From Nitrososphaerales archaeon (GTDB taxonomy: Archaea > Thermoproteota > Nitrososphaeria > Nitrososphaerales > UBA213), in assembly GCA_965197925.1 (NCBI GenBank), contig CBDAOC010000020.1:800001-864000 (forward strand): DNA of 64,000 nt, in the 5' to 3' direction. Under the pieces are notes generated by a model. That model saw only the letters and a program-made list of their open reading frames with translations. It ran no database searches and was not told the DNA's origin. The position numbers and the translations under genes were made by a program. Each line of letters opens with the position of its first letter. Positions within the stretch are counted from its first letter, which is position 1. Of this stretch, positions 35,002-46,580 are shown piece after piece.

Positions 35002-35064
35002 TATACTATTTATTTATCATAAGGTATTGATGTCTTAAACAGCTTTAATATAAGATTCTTCCAC

Positions 35065-35081
35065 AAAAAGAGTTATATTCT
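35065..35081 (+). promoter_or_regulatory. BRE/TATA element (similar at 37299-37312 and 38259-38273)
   Basis: AAAG(A)GTTATATTCT about 25-35 nt upstream of ATG 35102, 37334 and 38300. Confidence 0.5.
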
Positions 35082-35089
35082 AATCCCCT

Positions 35090-35869
35090 ATGAGAGTATT
35101 GATGAAACCAGCGCAATATGTTACAATAACACTGGTAATGATAGTTTTAGTTTCTGCAGTTGTTGTTTCGTATGATGCTGCCTTTGCGCAAAGAAAGAGC
35201 TCTGCGATAATTACGATAGATGAAGTACCTAAAAAGGTGAGACCTGGTCAGATGGTTCCTTTAACAGGTATGGTTATGACTGCTGGAGGAGAAAAAATAT
35301 CAAATGCACCGGTTAATATCGTTCTCCTTACATCTGATCCTAGGTTGATCGTAGTAGCTTCTGGAGTAACTGGGCTAGAGGGTACATATGAGATAGAATG
35401 GAATGTGAAATTAATTCCCCAAAAAAGGGTCCTTAACGATGTAACTCAGCAGATTGATACCCAAGTGGCATCATTATTTGCACAATTCGAAGGAAATGAC
35501 AACGCCTCCGCTTCAAAAACTGACAAGAGTACTGTTACTATAGATGTAAATTCTATAAAGACATTTGTCAACACCGATAAAAGGCAGTATAGAGAAGGTG
35601 AGGTAGCAACCGTGTTCTTAGGATTTGTTGATGAAGATGACGAATTCGTAGATCCAGATAGTATGAACGTGAACTTTAATATGAATTCAATTGCCTCGGA
35701 ACTGGAGAAGAAGAAGGTGGGATCGTACACATATTTAACACTTGCCCTCCAAAGTGGACATAACCAGATAACGGTTGTGCCTATGAAAGCCGGCTACAAT
35801 ATGCAAGCAGAGGCGGTAACTATTACAGTTCTCCCAGCAACTACTTCTGGTAGTTTTGGATTCGAGTAA
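35090..35869 (+). CDS. Secreted Ig-like hypothetical protein, paralog 1 (start may be 35102)
   Basis: Signal peptide; VASGVTGLEG, FAQFEG, FVDPDS, EKKKVGSYT. Confidence 0.85.
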   Translation: MRVLMKPAQYVTITLVMIVLVSAVVVSYDAAFAQRKSSAIITIDEVPKKVRPGQMVPLTGMVMTAGGEKISNAPVNIVLLTSDPRLIVVASGVTGLEGTYEIEWNVKLIPQKRVLNDVTQQIDTQVASLFAQFEGNDNASASKTDKSTVTIDVNSIKTFVNTDKRQYREGEVATVFLGFVDEDDEFVDPDSMNVNFNMNSIASELEKKKVGSYTYLTLALQSGHNQITVVPMKAGYNMQAEAVTITVLPATTSGSFGFE

Positions 35870-36245
35870 ATCATCATACCAACGATAAGAATATGTGGTT
35901 ATTTGAATTCATTTTCCTGTAATTTTTTATTTAAAAAGCTAAATCAGTATAGCAGAATATCGTTGATGAATCCTTGAAAGTTAGGATATTTTAGGGATTC
36001 CTTGGCCAAAAAAGTCTACATGTTAACTTAGAATTGGGTTGTACCAATCTTAATTCTTCACATGGAATTCAGCATGATTCACTGTAGGTTACTGAATCTT
36101 TGTAACGGTACCGATTACCAGATCAAAGCAGAAGTAAATATGATGAAGATTATTGGATGTGTTATATTCAAGTTCAGATTAAATATTTTGGAATTGAATA
36201 ATAATCAAATAAATTAGTATTTTAACCGTGGATTCAAGTCGAATA

Positions 36246-36287
36246 ATGTAAGATTACCAAAGAATTATGTAAGATTACCAAAGAATT
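36246..36287. repeat. Perfect 21-bp tandem duplication
   Basis: ATGTAAGATTACCAAAGAATT x2. Confidence 0.9.
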
Positions 36288-36819
36288 TATTCTCCTATTG
36301 AAACTACAAATAGTTAAAAAAATAATTGTTGGTTTTTCCCCTCTTATCAACACTTGAAAAAACCATAATTTTCTATAAAGTGTACATAACAAAATATAGT
36401 ATATTCAATTGCTAGTGAATTCAATTCACATTAAGCATCAGATCAAAATTTGAGATCATTTACAACGGATATTATGACGTAATTTAATTTGTAATTCAGG
36501 ACTTGTTCATCCACAAGAGTAGATGTAGAATTATTGGACTAGATTGTAGCTTCTAACTCTGCTGAATAGGAAATAAAAATGGTGGGCTTAATATGTTAAT
36601 TGAGGTAGCTTTTCCTGTTTTGTTCTTAATACTAGTATCACTGCCATAGATACAGCTGTGATTACTAGTGGATACATTATCTCTCCTGAGCCAGTGACCA
36701 TGCCATGCCAAGCCCGACATGACAATGAGCGTGCCATCGATATACTTCTTCAGCTTTGATACATACTCATTCATGTTTGTATGTACTATTACCACGAGTT
36801 TTGATAAGGGACTCGTACT

Positions 36820-37127
36820 ATATCTAGATGTAGAAAGATCCTCAGGTAGTATGCTTCATGCAGCCATTCCACAAACCTCCTGTAGCTCTTCCCTTCATGC
36901 TGCCTTAATACCAGAAGGATTGTATGCTGCCATACAGTGTAGATATGATTGCTCTTCTTGTGTATGTACAGGGGTATCCTGACCTTTATCAAAACATTGA
37001 GCATGGTTCTAGCAAGTTTGACATACCTTGACTCTTTCATGCATAGGCAGGAGTTATATGTGATACATTGATCTCATGGTGTAATTCCGTGCACAACAGG
37101 CTAAAATCTATGGTTTCTACACAGCCC
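36820..37127 (-). mobile_element. IS-E: truncated archaeal IS5-like element (N-terminal transposase fragment)
   Basis: YTVWQH..LLVLRQHEGKSYRRFVEWL; end GGGCTGTGTAGAAACC. Confidence 0.8.
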
Positions 37128-37327
37128 GTGGGTTTATGGCATTTATATATTCCCTACACAATTATTCTGGGATTCCATGGCTATTGAGCATCTGATGAAC
37201 AATCCGTCTCAATCGTGATCTACACAATGAGGGAAAAAAGAAGATTACTTCCGAATTAGAATCGTTTATGATATATAAGTTAAAACTCGAGATATAATAA
37301 AGGTTATATTCTTGAGTTATCATACGA

Positions 37328-38140
37328 TTGGTCATGCAGTGGGCAATGATGGGTGCGTTAATAATGGGTATCGTTTTAATGCTCTCTATAACAAATGTAA
37401 ACTATATGTTTGCGCAGCAAAGTGGTGAACAGATTGGAGATTCACACTTTGAGAGGAAAACAAAATCAACGGCTTCATTGGCATTCAACATGAGTGGATG
37501 CAATAACGAAATGACATGTGGTGCTGATTACTTGGTGGGTGAAACTGTAGATATTAGTGGTACGCTGGAAAGTGCTAATGGAAGACCGATAACAAATGCA
37601 GAAATAACTATCCTACAACTGCTCCCGAAACCGGAGTTAGTACCTATAGCATCTGGAATAACAGGTATTGATGGTGAATATTCTCTGTCATGGGAAGTGA
37701 TGTTTACACCAATAGAAAGGGCTCATACTGACATAAATCAGAAGTACCAAGTGGAGACAATAGTGTTGTATGCTCAGTATGATGGGGATGAGACTTATCA
37801 AAAACAAATGTCAAACAAACTAACTGCTACTGTGAATGCAAACAAGATTTCGACTTTGATAAATGCAGAGAAACGGGTGTATGCTCCTGGTCAAGGAGCA
37901 CTACTGTTCTTGGGTTTCATAGATAAAAATGACGAGTTCGTGGATCCAGATAGTATAACGGTAATGTATGATGGTGAAGAATTAGAAGTGGAGAAGAAGA
38001 AGACGGGTTCATATACCGTGATGACGCCTACCCTTACAATGGATCATCACCAGGTAATCGTAATGCCTCAAAAACATGGCTATAATCTTGAAAACGGGTT
38101 CCTGACTATCCAGGTATCTGGATTCTTTGGCAAAGTATAG
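37328..38140 (+). CDS. Secreted Ig-like hypothetical protein, paralog 2
   Basis: Signal peptide; GCNNEMTCG, PELVPIASGITGIDG, FVDPDS, EKKKTGSYT. Confidence 0.85.
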   Translation: MVMQWAMMGALIMGIVLMLSITNVNYMFAQQSGEQIGDSHFERKTKSTASLAFNMSGCNNEMTCGADYLVGETVDISGTLESANGRPITNAEITILQLLPKPELVPIASGITGIDGEYSLSWEVMFTPIERAHTDINQKYQVETIVLYAQYDGDETYQKQMSNKLTATVNANKISTLINAEKRVYAPGQGALLFLGFIDKNDEFVDPDSITVMYDGEELEVEKKKTGSYTVMTPTLTMDHHQVIVMPQKHGYNLENGFLTIQVSGFFGKV

Positions 38141-38296
38141 AATAGAGAGCGCAAATGTGAGGTAGTGATATCCTCACTAGAGTAGTAATTATTATTATTT
38201 AGTTGAAATGGGATGATGAAAATCCTGACCTAATGGGAGTATATTCAACCACCCAAACAAAAGATATATTATTACCTACATTCGATTAAAGTTGGA

Positions 38297-39049
38297 TTGA
38301 TGAGGTTAGCTGTAGTACCAATGGGTTTAATGCTGGTAATATCGATTGTAGCAATTTCAGATACGTCCTTTGCCGCAAGACAAGAGTCAACTAATCTGGA
38401 ATTCGAGATGAGCGGATGCAAAAATACTATGACTTGTGGTGCCGAGTTGTTTGTGGGCGATGTAGTTGAGTTTAGAGGATTGGTAACAACTAGAAGTGGT
38501 AATCCAATATCGGGTGCAGAAGTAACAGTATACAAGTTTGTACCAACACCAGAGCTGATTCCGATAGCATCTGGTGTAACAGGAATAGATGGCGATCTTG
38601 AGCTAACATGGACGGTTGCTTTCACGCCAAAGAATAGAGCCCCAAATGATGTAACTAGTCAAATTCGTTCAGAGACAGTGAAAATATATGCACAATTTGA
38701 AGGTGATGATAATTACGCTGCTTCTAGGTCGTCTATGAATATAGGTACCATAAATATCAACGAATTGATAACTGTCATTAATTCTGACCAAAATCTGTAT
38801 AGACAGGGAGAATCTGCACTTGTCTTCATTGCCTTCGTAGATAGTAATGACGAATTTGTTGACCCTGATTCTTTGCGAGTTGTATTAAACGACAGGGAGA
38901 TTGAAGTAGAGAAGAAGAAAACGGGTTCATATACGGTGACTGTGCCTGCTCTACCAAAAGAACACACGCAACTGTTGGTGGTACCGACGAAGGAAGGATA
39001 CAACGTCAACAACGGATTTTTGACAATCATCGTAGATGGATTGAAGTAA
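38297..39049 (+). CDS. Secreted Ig-like hypothetical protein, paralog 3
   Basis: Signal peptide; GCKNTMTCG, PELIPIASGVTGIDG, FVDPDS, EKKKTGSYT. Confidence 0.85.
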   Translation: MMRLAVVPMGLMLVISIVAISDTSFAARQESTNLEFEMSGCKNTMTCGAELFVGDVVEFRGLVTTRSGNPISGAEVTVYKFVPTPELIPIASGVTGIDGDLELTWTVAFTPKNRAPNDVTSQIRSETVKIYAQFEGDDNYAASRSSMNIGTININELITVINSDQNLYRQGESALVFIAFVDSNDEFVDPDSLRVVLNDREIEVEKKKTGSYTVTVPALPKEHTQLLVVPTKEGYNVNNGFLTIIVDGLK

Positions 39050-39166
39050 CAAAACCCCTCATTTTTGTTCTATATGTACTATATACAATATACATGTACA
39101 ATATTCGACTTCGCTGAGATTTTTAGAGTAACAATTTTAAAACCAAGTACATTGTTAAAAGTTACT

Positions 39167-40171
39167 ATGCGTATTCTGAGTGCAATTGTATTACTAGTTA
39201 TAATGTTAGCTCCAAATGTGTTATTAAACATCAATGCCCAGGGAGAAGAAAAAGTCGAAATAGTAGAAGGTTCAAAGAATATAGAAAACGGTAAATTTTA
39301 CACACCAAAGAAAATTACTATACCTGTAGGTACAAGTGTAATCTGGAATAACTCTGATGATGAGGCTCATACAGTCACCGATGGAACCGCCCAATCGATG
39401 TGGGGTAAAGTATTTGATTCTGGAATAATGCGGCTGGATGACGTTTATGAATTTACTTTTAATCAGACAGGAACATATCCCTACCTATGTGCTCTGCACC
39501 CATGGATGATAGGAAGTGTTACAGTATTAGGTGAGGGAGGGGAAGTACCGGTCGAATTATATGTCAAGTCAGAAAGAGCGTTATATCAAGTAGGTGATAA
39601 TGTAGATATAGAAGGAAGTGTAAGCACCATCATACCTGATATACCCCTGTTGATAGAGGTTTTGAATCCGAATGATGAAAATCTTGTAAAAGAGTCCCTA
39701 ACGATTGATAATGATGGTAACTTTATTTACAATCTTAAACTTTCAGACAAAAGCATTAGCCTTGGGTCATATACTGTGAAAGTCACCTACTCTGATGCAA
39801 GTGCTGAGGGTTTCTTTGTTGTTGAAGTTGCTGGTGAAAGTGCTGATGCACGGGTGGTTTCAAAACAGATAAGAAATATACTCCTTGTGCGGGTTAGAAA
39901 TGCTGAAAGCAGTGCCGCAAGTATTTATGGTGTGGCTATAGAGACTTCAGATTCGGTCATTCAAGCCTTTAAAGGACCACGAAGTTGGAACAATGTTGAT
40001 ATGACCTCGAGTGTAGGCAGCGCCTCCGTAGGTGAAGAACCTTTGATTCCAGGAGAAAAGGCTTTATTCAAACTTAAGGTCGCCAACGATAACTTTACAA
40101 TCAAGTGGACTGTTTACGATGCGAGCCAAGATGTGCTAGACCAGGGTGAAGCTAAACCAGTAAGAAGATGA
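39167..40171 (+). CDS. Secreted plastocyanin-like blue-copper protein with two extra domains
   Basis: AHTVT and YLCALHPWM give the full type-1 Cu ligand set; signal peptide from MRILSAIV. Confidence 0.9.
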   Translation: MRILSAIVLLVIMLAPNVLLNINAQGEEKVEIVEGSKNIENGKFYTPKKITIPVGTSVIWNNSDDEAHTVTDGTAQSMWGKVFDSGIMRLDDVYEFTFNQTGTYPYLCALHPWMIGSVTVLGEGGEVPVELYVKSERALYQVGDNVDIEGSVSTIIPDIPLLIEVLNPNDENLVKESLTIDNDGNFIYNLKLSDKSISLGSYTVKVTYSDASAEGFFVVEVAGESADARVVSKQIRNILLVRVRNAESSAASIYGVAIETSDSVIQAFKGPRSWNNVDMTSSVGSASVGEEPLIPGEKALFKLKVANDNFTIKWTVYDASQDVLDQGEAKPVRR

Positions 40172-40181
40172 TCGTGAATTT

Positions 40182-40373
40182 TTACTTTTTATAAGAATGA
40201 TAGAGCCTAGCATGGCTCTTTAATTCTTGGCCACCTGTAAAGGTCAAATTGCATCTAGTACATTCATACAAGCTGTCCTTACCATGTACTACCTGCTGAT
40301 GCTGCATCAGCTTCTCAACTTGACCAAAACCTCTCTTACATAATTCACATTTATGCTTCCTCGTGAGCCACAC
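40182..40373 (-). CDS. Double C2H2 zinc-finger protein
   Basis: CELC-x12-H-x4-H and CTRC-x12-H-x4-H. Confidence 0.85.
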   Translation of the reverse strand: MWLTRKHKCELCKRGFGQVEKLMQHQQVVHGKDSLYECTRCNLTFTGGQELKSHARLYHSYKK

Positions 40374-41061
40374 TTCCTACATATCGTTTTTATCAATATA
40401 AAAAATAGTATTCTGATTCATATCCTCAACCAAAGTCAAGGTCTCCCAATTCCCATCCGTTGTAACGATCTACTCGGCTACGCAACTCCCACTGCATCTG
40501 GCCTTGCGTGAATCTTCAAATGAGCATCTAGTTATTGCTGATTCTTGAATAGTTGACTAGGAATTTGAACCCCGCCTCGGACTTACCTAGGTCAAAATGC
40601 TCTAGAATATAGTAAAATTGTAGATTCTATATTGGCTGATTTGATCATTAGTGAATAAGCTAATATGATCCTCTGGCTTTTGAATCAATTCCCCATTCCA
40701 CTTTTTTCATAAATAAATTCATCAAGCGCATGAACAAAGAACAAAATAATTGAAATTTCCGATCGTATTCATCTCATATCATCAATTATTCAATAAAATA
40801 CTTGGAATATAGTATTATTAATGAATGTGTACTCGGATTGGTACCTTTTAGAATTATTCGTATCGTTATCCTATACTCTAAAGATAGTCGGAATTCGACA
40901 GAAAATGGTTGAATTCAATTGTCATCAACCCAATTTCTCAATAATTCAAACCCAGTGGAAACCTAGTCGCTGTGGAATGTAATTTACATCAACTATGTTA
41001 GAGCTGATCTCAGGGAGTTAATACGAGATCTACATGTGAAATAGAATTGTGTCAGTAAGCC

Positions 41062-41364
41062 ATGGTACAAGCAAATGCCCAAAAGATCATTATAGGATAT
41101 ACATATCAATCAAAAATGAGCAATAAAGATGAAACTATATTTGTTGAGCAAGCTGCAAAAGTTTATGGAAAAATGAGCTTGCTTGAGCTATTGTCTGAAG
41201 AGAATATGTTGCAAAGGTATAGGCATAGATATAAAGAGAGAATTATGAGTAAATTACATTTTATTCTGGAACAAGAAATTAGTCTGAAATTCAAGTTGTT
41301 CAATGGAATGCTGAAGGTTAGATTGGTATTGGAATCTAATCGAGAATGTCCATTTGCTATGTGA
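41062..41364 (+). CDS. Hypothetical protein
   Basis: 100-aa ORF. Confidence 0.4.
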   Translation: MVQANAQKIIIGYTYQSKMSNKDETIFVEQAAKVYGKMSLLELLSEENMLQRYRHRYKERIMSKLHFILEQEISLKFKLFNGMLKVRLVLESNRECPFAM

Positions 41365-41515
41365 CCTCACAAGAATTGTGATAGCTCATAGCCAATTCCT
41401 AACCTAGTATTTTCTTACAGACACTTAGTCCGTCTCACATATACACTATTTCTGATTCACAGCATCTCAATGACAATTCACTTGTGAGGAATGCGTCATC
41501 AATGACTAGATATTA

Positions 41516-43567
41516 TTAATTGTTCAAGTTCTCCTTGATATCTTCTAACAAATGAAGGGGTAAAGAACATGTAAAATTCTTGCATACATACGCAGTGTAG
41601 GGTTTTTCTTTTATAGAATTCCTACCCTTGAAGAATGGTATGTCATGCAACCTAGCAATATTTTCAGAATCCACTATTGCAAATATACCTTCAGGAATAA
41701 ACTGCCTGTTGATCCAATTGATCGCATCATTGGCTCGTGAATCATTTTTTATTAAAGTAACTTCAGTCGGTTGTTTCACATAAGTAAATACCGTGTTAAG
41801 AAGCTGCCCAAATGCAAAAGGATTTTCGGCAGCCGAGCCAGCGTGAATATTCATTATCTTTTCCGCCTTCTTGAGATATTCCAGATCCTGAGTATAGTGA
41901 TAAAGGCGCAATAGGGCAAGTGCAGACATTGAATTCCCTGATGGAATAGATAAATCATAAACACTCTTTGTTCTTACTATGAGTTTCTCGTGATTATCAG
42001 ACGTAAAGAAAAAGTCTCCATGGTCTACATCCCAGAAGTGCTTGATCATGTGATCTGTATGAGCCAAGGCCTTATGAAGATACTCGGGTCTTGAATCTGC
42101 TTCGAAAAGATCAAGCAATCCATTTATATAAAAAGCATAGTCGTCAAGATAACCATCGAGCTTCGCCTGACCATCCTTGAATGTGTGTCTTAATACATCC
42201 CCATCCGTAAGTCTTGTTTCGATGAATCCTACAGCTTTCGTTGCAGCCTTGAGAAATGTTTGGTTATCAGTTACCCTATAACCCCTTGCAAATGCACTAA
42301 TCATTAGTCCGTTCCAGCTAGTTAATACCTTCTCATCCCTACCTGGTTTTATGCGTTCCTCTCTAACCCTCAAGAGATTTTCCCTTTCGTCAGAAATTAT
42401 TCGTTCGATTTCATTCTTGGGCTTGAATAGCTTCTTCGCAAGTGTTTCCATTGATGCACTTTTATGTAAAATGTTACGTCCTTCAAAGTTGCCCCCCTCC
42501 GTTATTCCATAATGCATACAAAAAATCTCGGCATCGGCACCAAGTGTTCTTATGATTTCGTTTTTCTTCCAAGTATAATATTTTCCTTCAATTCCCTCGG
42601 AATCTGCATCTTGTGCTGAATAGAATCCACCATCTAAATTTGTCATTTCGCGTAGAACATAATCCAAGGTGGTGCTTGCTATATCTCTGTATTTTCCCTC
42701 ACCAGTAACCTGGAACGCCTCCACATATACCATTGATATCAATGCATTATCATAGAGCATCTTCTCAAAGTGTGGTGCAAACCATTGGGAATCTGTTGAA
42801 TATCTGTGAAATCCCCCACCGACATGATCATGGATTCCACCAGCAGCCATTCTATCCAGTGTTAACAAAACAAAGTTCCTAAAATTACCTAACTTTGAGA
42901 TATAATAATAGCGTAACAGGAAGGAAAGATTGGATGCATTCGGGAACTTTGGTGCTGCTCCGAATCCACCATAAATGGGATCGCTGCTCTGGAGAAGATT
43001 TATTGCAGCCTCATCCAAAAGTGTTCTTTTAAGTTCTGTCGGAGGTGCCATGAATTCTGTCGTTTGGGCAAGTCCTTCCAATAAGATCTTCGCCTGTCGA
43101 TCAATGGATTCATGATCATTTCTGTATGCATGTGAAAGTTGTCGAAGCAATGACGGAAACCCCGGAGTTCCATATCGACTGTCGGGGGGAAAATATGTTC
43201 CAACAAAAAATGGTTTTTGCTCGGGAGTCAAGAAAACGCTTAGAGGCCAACCGCCAGATCCAGTCATTATCTGACAAACCTTCTGATAAATATCGTCGAG
43301 ATCTGGACGTTCCTCCCTATCCACCTTTATATTCACAAAACTTTCGTTCATAATTCTGGCTATCTCTTCATTTTCAAAGTCTTCATGAGCCATTACATGG
43401 CACCAATGACAAGCGCTATAACCTATACTGAGAAAGATCGGTTTATCTTCGCTCTTCGCCCTTTCAAGTGCTTCAGTTCCCCAGGGGTACCAAGCAACAG
43501 GATTGTATGCATGCTGTAAAAGATACGGACTTGTTTCATTGATTAACCTGTTTGTTTTTTTACTCAT
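41516..43567 (-). CDS. Thioredoxin-domain protein, YyaL/SSP411 family
   Basis: [46 protein letters not shown]. Confidence 0.96.
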   Translation of the reverse strand: MSKKTNRLINETSPYLLQHAYNPVAWYPWGTEALERAKSEDKPIFLSIGYSACHWCHVMAHEDFENEEIARIMNESFVNIKVDREERPDLDDIYQKVCQIMTGSGGWPLSVFLTPEQKPFFVGTYFPPDSRYGTPGFPSLLRQLSHAYRNDHESIDRQAKILLEGLAQTTEFMAPPTELKRTLLDEAAINLLQSSDPIYGGFGAAPKFPNASNLSFLLRYYYISKLGNFRNFVLLTLDRMAAGGIHDHVGGGFHRYSTDSQWFAPHFEKMLYDNALISMVYVEAFQVTGEGKYRDIASTTLDYVLREMTNLDGGFYSAQDADSEGIEGKYYTWKKNEIIRTLGADAEIFCMHYGITEGGNFEGRNILHKSASMETLAKKLFKPKNEIERIISDERENLLRVREERIKPGRDEKVLTSWNGLMISAFARGYRVTDNQTFLKAATKAVGFIETRLTDGDVLRHTFKDGQAKLDGYLDDYAFYINGLLDLFEADSRPEYLHKALAHTDHMIKHFWDVDHGDFFFTSDNHEKLIVRTKSVYDLSIPSGNSMSALALLRLYHYTQDLEYLKKAEKIMNIHAGSAAENPFAFGQLLNTVFTYVKQPTEVTLIKNDSRANDAINWINRQFIPEGIFAIVDSENIARLHDIPFFKGRNSIKEKPYTAYVCKNFTCSLPLHLLEDIKENLNN

Positions 43568-43605
43568 GTGAAATTTTCATCAGAATGTTATTTTTAGCTT
43601 TGGAT

Positions 43606-43779
43606 CTAATAAGAGATTTCCGAGCTTGGTCTTAGACCTCTCTTCCAACTCTCCTTTCCACATTTTGTACACTTGTAGAGTCGCTTTCGCTTGTAAGTAG
43701 CCATTTCCGGCATAAAAACGACCTCATGTTTTGTCTTGGTCATACAACTGTCGCAGAAGCGCAATTCTTCATCTGACAT
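43606..43779 (-). CDS. 57-aa Zn-ribbon protein (absent from the ORF track)
   Basis: MSDEELRFCDSCMTKTKHEVVFMPEMATYKRKRLYKCTKCGKESWKRGLRPSSEISY. Confidence 0.8.
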   Translation of the reverse strand: MSDEELRFCDSCMTKTKHEVVFMPEMATYKRKRLYKCTKCGKESWKRGLRPSSEISY

Positions 43780-43811
43780 GATAGTATCAAAGACAAACCT
43801 CTACAAAATCA

Positions 43812-44675
43812 TTACTGTAATTGGCCAAGCCTTGGTCGTAGCCTAAAAGCTGCAATCATGGTGGTAAAAATCGCTGCAACAACAAGTAACACAACGGAGA
43901 ATTCTGGTATTACTTGCGTGCCTATTATTTCTATACTAGTGGTTTTTCTTTGTACAACTATTTCCAAAGTCCTTTCATCAGGTGTTGAAGATGTCTCATC
44001 ATAGAATCCTTCCTCTCCATCAACCAATACTACGAAATGATCGTCATTTCCGTTGGCCCTTGAATCAATTAAGTTCCTGTCCAATGAAATCTCCAACTTA
44101 CCAATAATTTCTACATCTTCCAAATTAATTATTAGGCTGTTGAAATCCGGATCTATTTCCATGCTCTTTATAATTCCACTCTGCAGTGAAACCATCCTCA
44201 CACCCGAGTCAGGTTCATTGAAGTCTATCTTTATTGTGTTAGATTCAGGCATCTCCTCCCTCTTGACTTCCTCTGATTCTACCATTATTTCTCCACGCAT
44301 GATCTTTGTAACCTGATCGAAGTACTTGTAACTACCCTCATATAGTCCTGAATGTATAAAGGTGAATTCATAGGTATCACCATTTTCCAACAATAATGAT
44401 TTTAACGGAGCAGTTATCTCTCCAGGTGAACCACTAGTTACTGTATGTCTTTCATCATCAGCGTTGGTCCAAACAACAGTGGTGCCTACCTTCAGAGTGA
44501 GAATCTTTGGTAGAAACCCTTCATCTGTTATCTTTACATTGCATATTTCCGAATCGCATATTTCTCTTGTGATTTTTTGGGCTTCAACTAACGTTGGGAT
44601 ATAATAAGTAGTTATTATCATAGACGTGAATATTGCAATAAGTGCTAGTCGCATGAAATTGTTGCTCATATTCAC
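43812..44675 (-). CDS. Cupredoxin-fold protein with PEFG-CTERM sorting domain
   Basis: VGTTVVWTN..RHTVTSG; IIGTQVIPEF followed by a TM helix and basic tail. Confidence 0.88.
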   Translation of the reverse strand: MNMSNNFMRLALIAIFTSMIITTYYIPTLVEAQKITREICDSEICNVKITDEGFLPKILTLKVGTTVVWTNADDERHTVTSGSPGEITAPLKSLLLENGDTYEFTFIHSGLYEGSYKYFDQVTKIMRGEIMVESEEVKREEMPESNTIKIDFNEPDSGVRMVSLQSGIIKSMEIDPDFNSLIINLEDVEIIGKLEISLDRNLIDSRANGNDDHFVVLVDGEEGFYDETSSTPDERTLEIVVQRKTTSIEIIGTQVIPEFSVVLLVVAAIFTTMIAAFRLRPRLGQLQ

Positions 44676-44863
44676 TACATAAATGTAATCTTTCCCATAA
44701 TTTCATCCTAATTGTACTAGGGATCAAACAATGGGTCCAATTGATCAATTTCATCTAATCAAGTATGTCACACATAAAGCGACCGAGAGCTCCTTACCAA
44801 TACTCTCACTATTGAAAAACGTCACTTAGCTTTAAAACTGGCTTTGGAATATATTCTATTGAC

Positions 44864-45079
44864 ATGTCTCAATTGGAGGAATACAAGTGTAATAGACAAT
44901 TAAGGATACTTGCCATTACACGATGGACGATGGATAATGATATATCAAATTTCATGGTGATCGCAGATGAGGCTCAGAGAAAATTTAAAATCTCCAGATC
45001 AACTGCAAATTCATATGCTATTGAAGTGATTAAACTATTAGATAAATTGAGGATTAAAGATTTCTACTGTAGTATATGA
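44864..45079 (+). CDS. Small HTH-like hypothetical protein
   Basis: AQRKFKISRSTANSYA. Confidence 0.5.
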   Translation: MSQLEEYKCNRQLRILAITRWTMDNDISNFMVIADEAQRKFKISRSTANSYAIEVIKLLDKLRIKDFYCSI

Positions 45080-45255
45080 AATTTCAAGAAATTAGTTCAC
45101 TAGATTATACACAATAAACTTTGAAGACCCATTTATACTGATACAATCCAAATGATTATTATTTTATTATGAGATGTAAACTATAGCTAACTTTCAAGCG
45201 TTTAGTATAAAACTGTAAAGGTTTTTAATAAGTTGCTTTAAGGCTATAATATAAA

Positions 45256-45432
45256 ATGATAAAGAACTGCGCAAGACATGATAAGCCTATTCCAATGTTT
45301 CCAGCTATGATAGACTTTCATACGCACAAAATACAGATAGGTCACTATTGTATCTATTGTCATAACTTCGTTCCGGAGAATACGCCGGAGATTGAGATTT
45401 TTAAAAGGATGCTTGCAGAATTGAAACTATAA
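45256..45432 (+). CDS. 58-aa Cys/His miniprotein (absent from the ORF track)
   Basis: MIKNCARHDKPIPMFP...GHYCIYCHNFVPE... Confidence 0.6.
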   Translation: MIKNCARHDKPIPMFPAMIDFHTHKIQIGHYCIYCHNFVPENTPEIEIFKRMLAELKL

Positions 45433-45526
45433 TCTTAATTAGAAAAGCAATTGATAAATCAAGTTCGTATATGTTGTATCTTACATTATTGAACAAAAAA
45501 CTTAAAGGTTTAAATCGGCACTAATC

Positions 45527-46024
45527 ATGCCAAGCTTGGTGAATACAGCCTACCTCATTGCTACTTTGTTGGTAGCACTATCATTGGTAATATTTCCCTT
45601 TGTTATTCATTTTGGTGATAGAATAATGGTAGTTACTTCTGACAGCATGCTTCCTACATTGAAACCAAATGATATGATTGCTGTGAAGCCCAGCAGCATA
45701 GAGGAGATTAAGGTGGGTGATATGGTCGCCTTTAATGCTCATTTTGGCGACATTGACGTGATAGCACACAGGGTAGTTGAAATAATTGATGAACATGGAG
45801 AGGTAGGACTGAAAACAAAGGGAGATAATATTGACTCAGTTGATCAGTGGATTGTTCGTGACCAGGATCTTATTGGTAGAATAGTGAGTGTTACACCAAA
45901 CATAGGGATTCTTCTGGTCGATCCTGTCAGATACTCGATTATTGCCTTTGTAGTGATACTTTCACTCTCCTTACTTTGGGAGCTTTCATCTAAGCACAAA
46001 GTCCCCGAGAAGAGGAAAAGTTGA
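45527..46024 (+). CDS. Signal peptidase I, second paralog (SipW/ER type)
   Basis: TSDSMLP, GDMVAF, IAHRV, TKGDN. Confidence 0.9.
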   Translation: MPSLVNTAYLIATLLVALSLVIFPFVIHFGDRIMVVTSDSMLPTLKPNDMIAVKPSSIEEIKVGDMVAFNAHFGDIDVIAHRVVEIIDEHGEVGLKTKGDNIDSVDQWIVRDQDLIGRIVSVTPNIGILLVDPVRYSIIAFVVILSLSLLWELSSKHKVPEKRKS

Positions 46025-46580
46025 TATCCCTGATACAAAACTTGGCTATTTAGAAATCTTGCACGTATCCACTGTAAACCTCATATGCTAAAGTTGTTAC
46101 ATTTGCTATAAACCCCAACCGTGAGACTTTATTTGAGATTCTCGTGGGTGAAAATTCTTCTCCTTGACTCCCTATGGGCATTAATGCCAGGTACATAGAG
46201 ATGGCCAAAAAAGGTCGTTAAAACCAATCCTGAAGTGGTGATGAGGCCGCTGACAAAACCCGTAATAGAATAGCTCATCATAACAACTACTTTCCTTATT
46301 TGTCTTTTAATATTGTGTCGAATAATAAACCTGAAGATACTGATAGTATGACAGAATGAGATTTTGACCAATTACTATCATTGAGATTTATGCCTAATAA
46401 GAACTGGAAGGAGTGAGGAGAAGCATTGGTAAGGGGAGAGATACTTTATATGGATTTCACAGATTCCCGATCTGACGAATTGGCAAGAAAGGTAATGTGA
46501 ATCTTAAACCAAGTCAGACCAAGTGAAATAATATAGTCAACACTCACAGTAATTAAAATAAAAAAAGTAGTTATTGTTTC

